The notes under the pieces: generated by a model
Seen by the model: only the letters and a program-made list of their open reading frames with translations
What the model was told of the DNA's origin: nothing
Database searches by the model: none
From: a virus
Taxonomy: Duplodnaviria; Caudoviricetes
Reading direction: 5' to 3' (one strand)
Virus record (IMG/VR): IMGVR_UViG_3300036713_000599
Length of the DNA stretch: 64,000 nucleotides
In this document: piece after piece, positions 53,410-63,800 of the stretch
Numbering within the stretch: the stretch's first letter is position 1
Layout: each line of letters starts with the position of its first letter
Made by a program: the position numbers and the translations under genes

Positions 53410-54660
53410 ATGTCGTCAGCGGAACAACAATATGCTCAGGAGCAGGCTAAGCTTGGACGTGAGCATACGGGCACTGCTGACGATATTCGTATTGAGGCAC
53501 CAAAACCACCTGAGGTCAATCCCGAGCTTCTCAAAGATGTCGAACCCCTGCTTTTCCGAGGCTTCTTATACGTGCCGGCGGAAATCAATGGGGTGAACTT
53601 TGTCTTCAAGTCACTCAATCATCATGAATACGAACGGCTTTTATTGACGGTGAACCCGTCAGGCCGCAAAGGCAGATCGGACTTCTATAATTACTTCTTG
53701 GCTTTTGGGGTGTTGATGATTGATGGGGTGAACATTCTTCCTGATAGGGAGCGATGGATTCCAGAAATCGCAGACACTTTTAAGCAGTTTGAGGACAAGT
53801 CGAAGTCTAGAGTGGTTCGAAATCTCAGTGAAGTGAATCGTCGGGCCAGTAGAGCTGTTTTGTTGACTGACGTGTTTGCCATGGATCCTCAGTCTAGGCT
53901 CCGATGGGCCCAGTATCAAAAGCTTGACTTGACTTCGTCTGCTGTGACAGGTTTTGCGGGCACTGAGGCTCTTGGTTTGAATTGGGGTCAGCTTACGTGG
54001 AGAGCGATTAATTTCTACGAGGACCACCACGAGCAGATTGAACGAGAATGGGAAAACACAAAATTTGTGGCTGGGGCTTTTGCAGGAAGCAAGGGTCTCG
54101 CTCCGATCAATAATCGGGATAAACAGAGGCGGGAAAAGGAACGTGATGAACGTTTGGCTCGAAGAGATAAGTTGCTTCGGGCAGCTTTTTTGAACGAGTC
54201 CCTAACTTCTACGACCACCAAAAATGGTGCACCTGTACAGGTGGCACGTACTGTAGAGGAGTTGGCGGACCAGCTAGAGAAAGATCTGCGAGGCGAGAAA
54301 GACTGGCATGATCAGGTAGTCGAAGCCCAAGAGAACCGTGTGAAGGAACGTTATAATGAGCGTATGCAGGCTCTGGAGGCCATCCAGGAGAAGCACATCG
54401 AGCAGTACGGTCCGAGTCCCGTTGTGGGTGGCACCGAGGCTTTTGCGGGGCTTAGCCCTGACGAGGTACAACAACGTATCGCGGCACGTCAGCAGAGGGT
54501 CTCTCAAAGAATGGCTGCGGCACAGAGATTCCCTGAAGCTTTTGACCCTAAACTTTCCAAATTCATGGACAAGTGGCACGAATCTAGTACCACGGAAGTC
54601 GTCCCAGCTATCGTAACGAAACGCCCTCCTGGGAAGCCTTTTAGGCGAGGTGGTGAGTAA
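53410..54660 (+). CDS. Putative second tail assembly chaperone / pre-tape-measure protein
   Basis: INGVNFVFKSLNHHEY motif and helical C-half; immediately upstream of the tape measure gene. Confidence 0.55.
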   Translation: MSSAEQQYAQEQAKLGREHTGTADDIRIEAPKPPEVNPELLKDVEPLLFRGFLYVPAEINGVNFVFKSLNHHEYERLLLTVNPSGRKGRSDFYNYFLAFGVLMIDGVNILPDRERWIPEIADTFKQFEDKSKSRVVRNLSEVNRRASRAVLLTDVFAMDPQSRLRWAQYQKLDLTSSAVTGFAGTEALGLNWGQLTWRAINFYEDHHEQIEREWENTKFVAGAFAGSKGLAPINNRDKQRREKERDERLARRDKLLRAAFLNESLTSTTTKNGAPVQVARTVEELADQLEKDLRGEKDWHDQVVEAQENRVKERYNERMQALEAIQEKHIEQYGPSPVVGGTEAFAGLSPDEVQQRIAARQQRVSQRMAAAQRFPEAFDPKLSKFMDKWHESSTTEVVPAIVTKRPPGKPFRRGGE

Positions 54661-57600
54661 TGGTAACCGATAGAGAGATCATCCACCTTGAGATCGACGT
54701 CAATACCAAGGCGGGGCGACAGAAGGTCACACAGTTCCAAAAAGAGACCAACAAGCAGCTTAAGAGGGTGACCAAAGGTGTCGAGGATCTTGGAAAAGTT
54801 AGTCGGAGTGTAACTGACGAAGCGGTTGGCGACACCGAGGACTGGATCCGGAGTCTCGGTAAGGTGTCGGGCTACTATTCCTCTGAAATCAAAGAGATTC
54901 AGAAGCTCGATAGTGCGATAGGTCATCTGAAACAGCAAAGAGAAAAGGCCGACAAGGATGCCGTAAAAGGTATTGACGATCAGATCAAAGCCTTAACAAC
55001 AAGGATGCGCAAGAAGAAGTTTGAGATCATGCCCTTCGACATGAAGGCCATGGGCGCTGAAGCTAAGGATGGCATGGACAAGGCTGCCAAGGGCTTCAAG
55101 GGCGCCATGTCCAGCTTCTTTGGCCGTGACTTGCCTGGTATGCTTGGAGGGGGTGGGGGATTAGCAAAGGGACTCGGAAAGAGGCTCCTTGGGGGCATTG
55201 GGGAGAAGGGGGTCCAGATTAGGGGCAGGGGGGTCGACCTGTCCAAGAAGGCTGCGGCCGGTCGTGGTGGAATGGCGTCGGCAGTGGCTGGTAAGAGCAT
55301 GAAGGCTATGGGTGGGGCCATGGCTAAGATGGGTGGCATGATGGGTACCTTGTCAAAGCTCGGACCTATTGTTGGTGGTGTGGCTGCAGCCCTCATGGCC
55401 GTTGTCAAGATTATGATCGATGCTGACGCACAGGCGAAGAAATTTCAAAAAGGCCTTCTTGATTCGACCAGTACGGCGGAGTTTCTGGGAGCGGCGGGAG
55501 GTGATTCTGCTCTAGCCTACGAGGATCTACATGACGCCGTAAAGTCTGTGAGGGACGCAGCCTTCTCCTGGGAAAATTTGGAGTGGGGAATCTCATCTGA
55601 GGAGCATTCGGCTGCGATGAATGCGTTGACTCAGGAGGGGGTAGCTCTCCATCGGATTACGCAGGAAGCTGAGGTCGCGAAGAAATCGGTCCAGGAATTC
55701 GCTGCTGAGGTGACACACGTTGGTGTGGCGTATTCCCGTATATTTGGTGTCTCTCTACAGGATGTGTCTAAATTCCAAGGTGAGATGATGACAGATCTTG
55801 GCATGGGTCTTGAGGAAACGAAGCTTGCTTTCGCACACATGACTCGATCGGCCACTGATTCCGGTATTGCGGCGAACCGGTTCTACAGCATTATCCGTGG
55901 TGTTTCTCAAGACTTGTCCTTGTACAATGTTCGTATGGGTTCCGCGGTTAAGCTTTTGGGGATGTTGGGCAAGGTCATGAGTCCCCGCAATGCTGGGAAG
56001 TTCATGCAGCAAGCGACTCAAGGGCTCAGGCAGATGAGTCAGGATGACCGTCTTAAGTTAGCTATCATGACCGGAGACAAGGGCAAGAAGATTCTTGACA
56101 AGGATTTAAAGCATCGTCGTCAAGCCCTCTATCAACGTATAAGTGACGCCATCGGAGAAGGGACTGACGAGGTACGTGATCAGCTTACTAAGAACCCTAA
56201 GGCTGTATGGGACAAGGTTAAGGAGAAGGCAAAAGGACAGCTGGGTACCCTTAGAGAGGCTGATCTTGAACTTAAAATTGATGAAAGATCGAAGGAAAGG
56301 GGTATGTATGGTCGAGCGTTTGCCATGGAGAACCTTGGGATGGGGGCTAGCCTTGATATATTGACGGCGGCTTTGGCCCCACACGGTGGTGGCACAACAC
56401 TCATGGAGGGTGCTGGTCGTCTTGGTATGACTAAAATGGCAGAAGTAACCGGCGTAAGCACTCAACACCTCCGTGGGTTGATGAAGCAAGAAGTCGCTGT
56501 GAAGGAGCAACGTGACGCCCTTCTCGCTCAAGGGCAAGAGGAGTTGGCCGCGGCTCAGAAAATTGAGGATGCTACTGAGCGTGCGGCTGCGGAAGCGGCA
56601 GCTAACGCCAAGATTGCTACAGCTGAAAGTGGTAGTACGCAAGATATCATTGACTCAATGAGTGAAGAGGAGATATCTGCCCTTAAGGAAGAAGCCAAGG
56701 ATCAGATGGATTACGCCAAGGACCAAGGCAAGATGACTCAGAGCCTGGTGGACAAACTTGGTGTTCTTGTCGACTTCGTGATGAATCAGATCTATAATGC
56801 CATGATCGGCATCTGGGATCTGATCGCAAAAGTTGCTGGGAAGGCTGGTATAGGCGATCCTGAGGAGAGGAAGCGTATCGAGAGAATTAAAATGGCTCGC
56901 GGAGCGAAAGGTGCTGCAAAAACGGAACTGGTGCAGGTTGCAGATAAAGGCGGAGATCTGAAGCGGGGTATGGCCGGCACAGCTTTGGCGGGAGCTATGG
57001 ACCTTGCTCTTAAGTCTGCTTTTGATCCTGGTGCCTTTGATGCACGAGATCGCGCCAAAGAGTTGTCCGACAAAAAAGCTAAAACTGACCCGAAAAATTG
57101 GACAAAGAAGGACGAGAAGGCGTTAAAAAATGCCCTTTCGGCGGTCAAGAAGGGTGAGATGGGGGCTAAAGCATTTAAGGGTATGAAGGACTCAATGTTT
57201 GAGAATCTCTCAAATCAGCAATTACAGGAAGCTCTGCGTATGGGAGGCCTCAGTAAAGAGAAGTTTGATACGTTTGGAGTCCAGATGTCTGCCGGCGCTA
57301 TGTCTCCGGATCAGGTAGCGGTCAGGGAAAGGGCCATGAAAAAGGCGGGTATTACTGAAGAGGAGATAGCCAACGCTCTTCGTAATGTGCCGTGGCTTAA
57401 GGATAGCGACGCCGCTCTCAAAACTATGGCTGGCATGTCTCCTGCCTTAGAGGGTACTGATTTCTACGAGGAAGCCCAAAAGACAGCAAAAGAGACTGAG
57501 GCGGCGACTAAAGAAGGCGCCGTGGCCGTCTCACATATGGATAAAGAGGCTACTAGAGACGGCACCCTGTACGTGAAATTTAGTAGTAAGTTCCTTAAAA

Positions 57601-58085
57601 GTGACTACAAAAAAACTGTCCATGATGCGATCCTCGACGCCATGCGCACAGCCCTCTTCGAATACTGGATGTATTCTGATCTCGACCGAGAAAAAGTGTC
57701 GGGGCTCATGAGGGACAAGGGCATGTCGGTAGGAAGCTTTTCCGGCGCTTTCTCTGAGAAATTGAAGACTGGCAAGGACTTATTTAGGCTTGAGGGGGGT
57801 GGCACCGCTGAAGAAGGTAAGGCAGCTGTTCCGCGGCAGCATGGTGGTCTTGTGACTCACGTCCGCGATGGAATGGCTGTTGTTCGTCCCCCACCTCCAG
57901 GTGAGGGCTTCACGGCCATCGGTCCTGGTGAACAAATCATGCCTGCGTATGCTCGCGGGCGAGGTGGAGGGGCAGGCGGTGCAACTAACGTCCACATCAC
58001 CTTGGACCCGAACGCAAGACAGTTGATCAGAGCACAGGTTGCAGACGGCATCTACGAGTACAAGCAGCGTGAGAGGAACACCTGA
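54660..58085 (+). CDS. Tape measure protein
   Basis: 1141 aa, A/G/K/M-rich helical; hydrophobic stretch LGPIVGGVAAALMAVVKIMI; C-terminal PRQHGG...GE.I motif; canonical position. Confidence 0.85.
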   Translation: MVTDREIIHLEIDVNTKAGRQKVTQFQKETNKQLKRVTKGVEDLGKVSRSVTDEAVGDTEDWIRSLGKVSGYYSSEIKEIQKLDSAIGHLKQQREKADKDAVKGIDDQIKALTTRMRKKKFEIMPFDMKAMGAEAKDGMDKAAKGFKGAMSSFFGRDLPGMLGGGGGLAKGLGKRLLGGIGEKGVQIRGRGVDLSKKAAAGRGGMASAVAGKSMKAMGGAMAKMGGMMGTLSKLGPIVGGVAAALMAVVKIMIDADAQAKKFQKGLLDSTSTAEFLGAAGGDSALAYEDLHDAVKSVRDAAFSWENLEWGISSEEHSAAMNALTQEGVALHRITQEAEVAKKSVQEFAAEVTHVGVAYSRIFGVSLQDVSKFQGEMMTDLGMGLEETKLAFAHMTRSATDSGIAANRFYSIIRGVSQDLSLYNVRMGSAVKLLGMLGKVMSPRNAGKFMQQATQGLRQMSQDDRLKLAIMTGDKGKKILDKDLKHRRQALYQRISDAIGEGTDEVRDQLTKNPKAVWDKVKEKAKGQLGTLREADLELKIDERSKERGMYGRAFAMENLGMGASLDILTAALAPHGGGTTLMEGAGRLGMTKMAEVTGVSTQHLRGLMKQEVAVKEQRDALLAQGQEELAAAQKIEDATERAAAEAAANAKIATAESGSTQDIIDSMSEEEISALKEEAKDQMDYAKDQGKMTQSLVDKLGVLVDFVMNQIYNAMIGIWDLIAKVAGKAGIGDPEERKRIERIKMARGAKGAAKTELVQVADKGGDLKRGMAGTALAGAMDLALKSAFDPGAFDARDRAKELSDKKAKTDPKNWTKKDEKALKNALSAVKKGEMGAKAFKGMKDSMFENLSNQQLQEALRMGGLSKEKFDTFGVQMSAGAMSPDQVAVRERAMKKAGITEEEIANALRNVPWLKDSDAALKTMAGMSPALEGTDFYEEAQKTAKETEAATKEGAVAVSHMDKEATRDGTLYVKFSSKFLKSDYKKTVHDAILDAMRTALFEYWMYSDLDREKVSGLMRDKGMSVGSFSGAFSEKLKTGKDLFRLEGGGTAEEGKAAVPRQHGGLVTHVRDGMAVVRPPPPGEGFTAIGPGEQIMPAYARGRGGGAGGATNVHITLDPNARQLIRAQVADGIYEYKQRERNT

Positions 58086-58855
58086 TGCCGCGTATTCCGT
58101 CACCTAATCCGGATTTTTCTGAAGTCCTGAATGTCCCGTCTAACGAGATCCCGTACGAGCATCCGGCGGCGGGTAGGAGGAATAAGCCTATAGCTATGGC
58201 TTTCCAAGTGACGAGCCCTTTTAGTAGGACACGTGTCTTGTTGCCTCACACGCTTGTCTTACACGTCAACCCTCAGAGCCTGAGCGAGGGGTACGTCCAG
58301 AAAGTCGAGCGTATTCAGACGCGGGGTGGGTGGGTTGAGCAACATTGGGGGCAAGACCTCATAGAGATCACAGCAGACGGGTCCACTGGCGCGTTTATGC
58401 ATATTCAGACAGGACTCTCCTCTGTGCTCCGTCAAAGGACTATTGCGTGGGACCGGTACAGGGATTTGCACGATCTCTACCTGAACAATGGTAGCCTCTA
58501 CGATCCTTTCGGGAACATAGTTCTTCAGGGGCATATTATGCTCATGTATGACAGAGGGACGTACCTCGGACACTTCCGAAGTTTTGAGGTAGAGGAAACA
58601 GATGACAGCCCGTTTGCTTTCCGCCTCAATTGGTCGTTCAAGGTCGAGCACACGATCATGTCTGTACCTTTCACGTTTAAGGATGCGTTTAATGCCTCAT
58701 CCGCACCTATTCCGGCTTTCCAGGCTCAAAATGTGCCTGGTGGCGAGTCTGTGTCTGGACCAGGAATGGTGAGGACAGAAGATGAGTTGCAACGACAAGA
58801 AACATCGGAAGTGGCGGGGCAGCAACGACGCGGTGTAATTGAAGGTGGTGCCTGA
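58085..58855 (+). CDS. Baseplate tail-tube initiator (tube-fold) protein
   Basis: LHVNPQSL...ERIQTRGGWVEQHWG...ITADG pattern; follows the tape measure gene. Confidence 0.65.
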   Translation: MPRIPSPNPDFSEVLNVPSNEIPYEHPAAGRRNKPIAMAFQVTSPFSRTRVLLPHTLVLHVNPQSLSEGYVQKVERIQTRGGWVEQHWGQDLIEITADGSTGAFMHIQTGLSSVLRQRTIAWDRYRDLHDLYLNNGSLYDPFGNIVLQGHIMLMYDRGTYLGHFRSFEVEETDDSPFAFRLNWSFKVEHTIMSVPFTFKDAFNASSAPIPAFQAQNVPGGESVSGPGMVRTEDELQRQETSEVAGQQRRGVIEGGA

Positions 58856-60885
58856 TGGCTACCGGCGATTCTAAAATTCTCAAGGATATTGAAGCGACTG
58901 CTGATTATTACGGCCCTGCTGTATACTCCGAGCTTTTGACTTTCTATACGAGGCTGGAGAAGTCGAACGATATTCTGTCGAGTGAGTTCATTCCTCTGAC
59001 TGCGGCAAAAACGAGGAATCCACAGGCATCGAAGATCTTCGCGGTGGGGATAATCCCTCCTGCTGTGAACGTTACTGGTCGGATTCTTGATCGTTCTTCG
59101 AGCATTGCTCGCGAGGAAGGCGTGCCTGACATAGCTGCTCGTGAGGAAGGTGTGTCTAACATAGTTGGTCGAGAATCTTTAATTGATGGGAGCCGTGAAG
59201 CAGATCGTCGTGATGATAAAAATGGTGAAGTAAGCGCATCTTCGGATGCTCCGTGGGGAAGTTATATCCCGAGTTTGTCTGATGAGTTCTGGCTCCAATT
59301 TGTTGGAATGTGTAAACGTGTTGGTGCTGACCCCATAGATTGGGCTGCCATTATCTACAATGAGAGTGGGTTCAACCCTGCGGCCAAGAATTTTGGAGCT
59401 GACCTAAAGAAAGCTCGTCAGCGTAAAGAGGCTAATCAGCCCATTGCTGTCGGGTTGAGTCAGTTTATTTGGTCGTGTGGTAGGGGCACAGGTATGACTC
59501 GGGAGGAGTGGGAGAACCATGCCGATACTTCTGCTGAGGATCAGCTGATTTGGATGGAACGGTACATGAAACGCGTACGTATGCGGGGGAAGCGTGAATC
59601 TATGTACCCGAAGCACTTCGGAGGTTTGAGAAATCCGGACGGTAGTGCCTATGCGAGCATAGCGTTCCAGGAGTTTTTTGTAAAAAATCAGACCAAGTTA
59701 GGCCGCTATCCTCCAGGCACTACTCGATTTGATGTGTACCAACGATCAAACTTTCAACAGAGGGCGTTTGATCAAAATGTCACTCTCGCTACTGGCGGTG
59801 TGCTCACCCATGACGCGCTTTTGTCGAAAATAAAGGGACTCCCTCCTCAAAATGTTCGAATCAAAGTCCAACAGGCGTTGGAAGCCCTCGGTGATTCTAT
59901 TCCAGCAGCTCCTCTAGAGGTTCTCAATTCCGGAAATTCGGCGGATTGGGCTGCAAACGGCAGCAAGGACGCTAAGGCGGCTCGGGAAGAAAGAGAGAAG
60001 ACTAGGGGTACCCCTCTCAGCCAAAGAGATTTAGGCAAAAAGTACCAGGCGGCTCAAAGACAGCAAATAGCGGCTATGCAGTCGGCCTTGGAAGCGATGA
60101 GAAATGTTCCCCCTCTACGTTTGCTGGTGAATCCCCAGAAGTTCTCAGTCAAGGGCGCGAAGATTGTTTCGGACGGCAACTGGGGGCGACAAGGCCCTAT
60201 CATCGAATTCTGGGGGGACGACCAGGACAGTGTGTCGGCGTCTGGCCGTATCGCAGCTTTCTATGCGATGGACATCCACAATGCGGTTGGTCCTGGGCTT
60301 ACTCGTCAAGCTGCAAAGTTTTCGGAGTCGTGGCGAAACTTTATGTCTCTTTTCATGTTGTATCAAAACAATGCAGCTATGTGGCTCGATGATAGCATTT
60401 CCTCAGAGAGGGGCGTCAACAATCTCACTATCCTTGGATCGATCTACATTTACTACGACAATATCCTGTACATTGGGTCGTTCGATACCTTCAACATTAC
60501 GGAAGTCGATACCGCCCCCTTTTCGGTGGAATATAGCTTCGAGTTTAAGGTGCGAGCAGCTTACCTTTTGGACCGACCTGACAGCGAGAACAGTGCTTCG
60601 TATTCGGCCTCGCGTAGTTCTCAGGATCGGGGAACACCTGTGATCCCTACTTCTGGTCTAGGTGTGAACGACGCAGCCCTTTTCTCCTTGGCCGACACTG
60701 TTGGCGTTGATGCAGCAGATCAAGAGGACCCTGGCGGCCTTTCGCAGGAAGAGATTATTCGTAGAGTGACAGACCCCTCCTACAATGACCATATTTTGTC
60801 CGATCTTCCAGATTCAGGGAACGGTGAGGAATCTGCCGAATCTGAAGGACCCTCGGAAGAAGAAATCAATAGCTTATTTAGGTAA
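58855..60885 (+). CDS. Baseplate protein: SLT-type lytic transglycosylase domain fused to a tube-initiator domain
   Basis: IIYNESGFNPAAKN...AVGLSQF (catalytic Glu, GLxQ motif) at ~59350-59470; C-terminal LLVNPQKF...EFWG paralogous to 58085. Confidence 0.7.
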   Translation: MATGDSKILKDIEATADYYGPAVYSELLTFYTRLEKSNDILSSEFIPLTAAKTRNPQASKIFAVGIIPPAVNVTGRILDRSSSIAREEGVPDIAAREEGVSNIVGRESLIDGSREADRRDDKNGEVSASSDAPWGSYIPSLSDEFWLQFVGMCKRVGADPIDWAAIIYNESGFNPAAKNFGADLKKARQRKEANQPIAVGLSQFIWSCGRGTGMTREEWENHADTSAEDQLIWMERYMKRVRMRGKRESMYPKHFGGLRNPDGSAYASIAFQEFFVKNQTKLGRYPPGTTRFDVYQRSNFQQRAFDQNVTLATGGVLTHDALLSKIKGLPPQNVRIKVQQALEALGDSIPAAPLEVLNSGNSADWAANGSKDAKAAREEREKTRGTPLSQRDLGKKYQAAQRQQIAAMQSALEAMRNVPPLRLLVNPQKFSVKGAKIVSDGNWGRQGPIIEFWGDDQDSVSASGRIAAFYAMDIHNAVGPGLTRQAAKFSESWRNFMSLFMLYQNNAAMWLDDSISSERGVNNLTILGSIYIYYDNILYIGSFDTFNITEVDTAPFSVEYSFEFKVRAAYLLDRPDSENSASYSASRSSQDRGTPVIPTSGLGVNDAALFSLADTVGVDAADQEDPGGLSQEEIIRRVTDPSYNDHILSDLPDSGNGEESAESEGPSEEEINSLFR

Positions 60886-60887
60886 AC

Positions 60888-63800
60888 ATGGCACGAAGTC
60901 CATACCAGGGTACATACCAACACGGAATCCGGCCAACCGTTGTAACGGCTCCGGATGCTATTGTCTATCTCAATGGTGAGACCGACATCATTGGGTGTCC
61001 ACAATGTAAGCGTCGCTTTGCCTGGAATAAATATATCACGAGTATTCAGGTTGATCTTAATGTTCAGAGCGCTCCTGGATCTGCAAGCTTCACTTTATCC
61101 ATCCCACGCCACACAGTGGATGAGTTTTTCTTTGACGGCAATCCTCTCGTCACCCCAATGATGGAGGTGGAGATTTATGCGAAGGGGCACTTTGTAGTTG
61201 AAGGTGTCCCCCAATACTATCCTATTTTTTGGGGACTCGTGACAGAGGTGTCTCATAGTTTCTCGGGTGCCGAACACACTGTCAGTGTTAACTGTTCGGA
61301 CATTTTGAAGTGGTGGGAACTCTGTAAAATGAACATCAACCCTGCGTTCACACAGAGTGTTGGGCAGATGGGACGGAATCTGTTTGGCAACGTGTATTCA
61401 GGGGAAAATCCTTACGACATTATTTGGTCATTGGCCCAGCAAAGTTTTGGTGACGTTATCGTGGGTTCGGGGTCTCTATTAAGCTTGTACAAGGAGAATT
61501 CCCAAAGGGCTACGTTTAAGGCAGCTTTGGCGGATCTCATGGTGTATTGGGAGGAACGCTTCAGCCATATCCGCTCCAATCTTCTGCTTTATGGTACTCA
61601 AGGGAATGCTGTTCGAGGAGACGAGTTGCAGGCCATTTATGGTCCGGGAGGGTCGGCTCTCACTAAAAATGCCATCAGCCAAGCTGTGCGAAAGGCAAAT
61701 GGTGGGAGTGCGGGTAGCCAGATGGTATACGACCCTACTGACTCCCAGGTGACTGCTTTTCGAACACAGTTCATGAATGCCGGGCAGGTCAACTTTTGGC
61801 AGTCGGAATTTCAGACAAAGCTTGAGTTAGCGAATGCTGCAAAGGACTGTATTGGTTACGAGTTCTACATGGATGTGACGGGTGACATTGTTTTCAAGCC
61901 ACCTTTTTACAATGTGGACGTTCTGGGCAACAAGCCGGTGAGTTGGATCCAAGACATTGACGTCATCAGTTGGGATTTGTCGGAGTCTGAGGCAGAGGTT
62001 GTGACGCAGCTTCAGATCTCAGGTGCGTATGGTGGCAACATTGAGTACGGATTCGGGGAGGAGATGACCCCTGCCACGAGTGTCACTGATTATCACCTGC
62101 TTCGTAAGTATGGTTGGCGAGTCGAGACTTTCAACTCTGAGTTCATGGGTTCGACCCTGAGCATGTTCTATATGGGGCTTGACCTTCTTGATCGTATGAA
62201 CGCCCAACGATTCAGGGCTACTGTCACCATCCCGATGAGGGCTGAACTTCGCCTAGGCTTCCCTGTCTATCTTGCTTCACAGGACCAGATTTGGTATGTC
62301 ACGGGAATTTCACACAATCTTCAGTTTGGTGGGCAGGCTACGACGACTTTGAGTCTCACAGCTAAACGGACCAAATTTGTGGCCCCGAAGGGCATTGGTT
62401 CGCTTCGATTGGACAAGCTCAAGGGGGGACGGACATACACATCCAAGGGGACTCTAAATGAACCTACTCCGCCGGCTCGTGCGCTCAGGAACGCCACTTT
62501 TAAGGGCGATGTAGGTGAAGCCGCTCAGCTGCCCCCTACGAATTATCCTGAGAATCCAGGAGAGGCTGACCCCTATGAGCCTCTCATCCTTCGTCACCCA
62601 AAGACGGGTCGTCTTGTTGGTTACCCCAACGTCGTGATGGCCTACACGCGGCCATTCGCCCCGACACCTGAACAATATGGCAAGGTCGCGGGAAAGAGAA
62701 AGAAAGGTTCGGGTCGTGGAGCAAAACCCTCTTTCGATCCTAAAAAATTCAACGACGCTGCAAAAAAGATCGTTCAAGACGAATTTAACACTCAGTTTTT
62801 AGTAAATGACATTGATCGCGCAAGGGAAAGGTACTTGAATAACCGATTTGTTTACGGGTTGAACTCTGCTGGTGTATTCACTTACCTCCATGAGAGCACA
62901 AGTGTTATTAAAGAGATGCTCTTAATTCCAAAGCAGAATGTAGCATTCAAAGACGAGGATACGGGGAAAACCGAGAACCTTTTTCAGGGAAAGACTGCTA
63001 TGATTCGCCCCGTTTCCGATGAACGAGGCTTTGAAGTCATCGGCCATTACAAGTATGGTCGGAATGTCTCTCTTAGGGACGGGTCCCTTGTGCTCAATGA
63101 AACTGCTGAAAATCCTGGGGCCCTTAATAGTCGGGCAGAAGTGCGACCACAAGTGGCTCTGACAGGCGGCCTTACCGAGACGCTCCAGGCACAGTCTCAG
63201 GGCCTTGTGACTGTCAATACGGGGTTCCCCAACCCCTCTAGGATGCTTGCCACTCTTCGACCGGATGACCTGCAGACGGCCGGTGTTGTTAATCCGGAGA
63301 CAGGGGACCCAGAATTCGTCAACACGGACACGAATTTCATTGATGTCGCCCCTCTTGGAACCGCAGCCCAGAAAGGAACTAATGTCTCGGTAGAAGCGTC
63401 GCAGTTGTCGAGAGCTTTAACTTTAGCTGAGTTGAGCGTCAAGACAGAAGAGGCCAATCCTGGTGAATGTGGGTGCTTGCTTGGTCGAAGTGATCTTGCG
63501 TTCATCAATGTTGGTTATCAGGTAAAGGTGCTCAACTCCTCTGCTCCCGATAAAAGCTCGTTGTCTTTCGGCCAAGGAGGGGTCACACAGACCTCTACCA
63601 AAGATGATGAAATTTTCAGTGGAGTTAGTAATTACGTGGAATCTTCCCTGAGCGAGTACCCTGGCTTCGGTGAGTTGTCTCAGGAGGATCAAGAGGCGCT
63701 GCGTTCCAAGTTTCAGAACGAAGGGTACCAGATTCAGGCAAAAGCACGAGGAAGCAGTGTAGAGCGTGTTCAAGAGTCCTATAATAAGGGGCTTTTAAGA

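Noticed and set aside
52230-54660. Programmed -1 frameshift joining the two tail chaperones (lambda G/GT type)
   Set aside because: I saw no convincing X XXY YYZ slippery heptamer near the end of the first gene, and the second has its own ATG one base after the stop. Not excluded, but unsupported.
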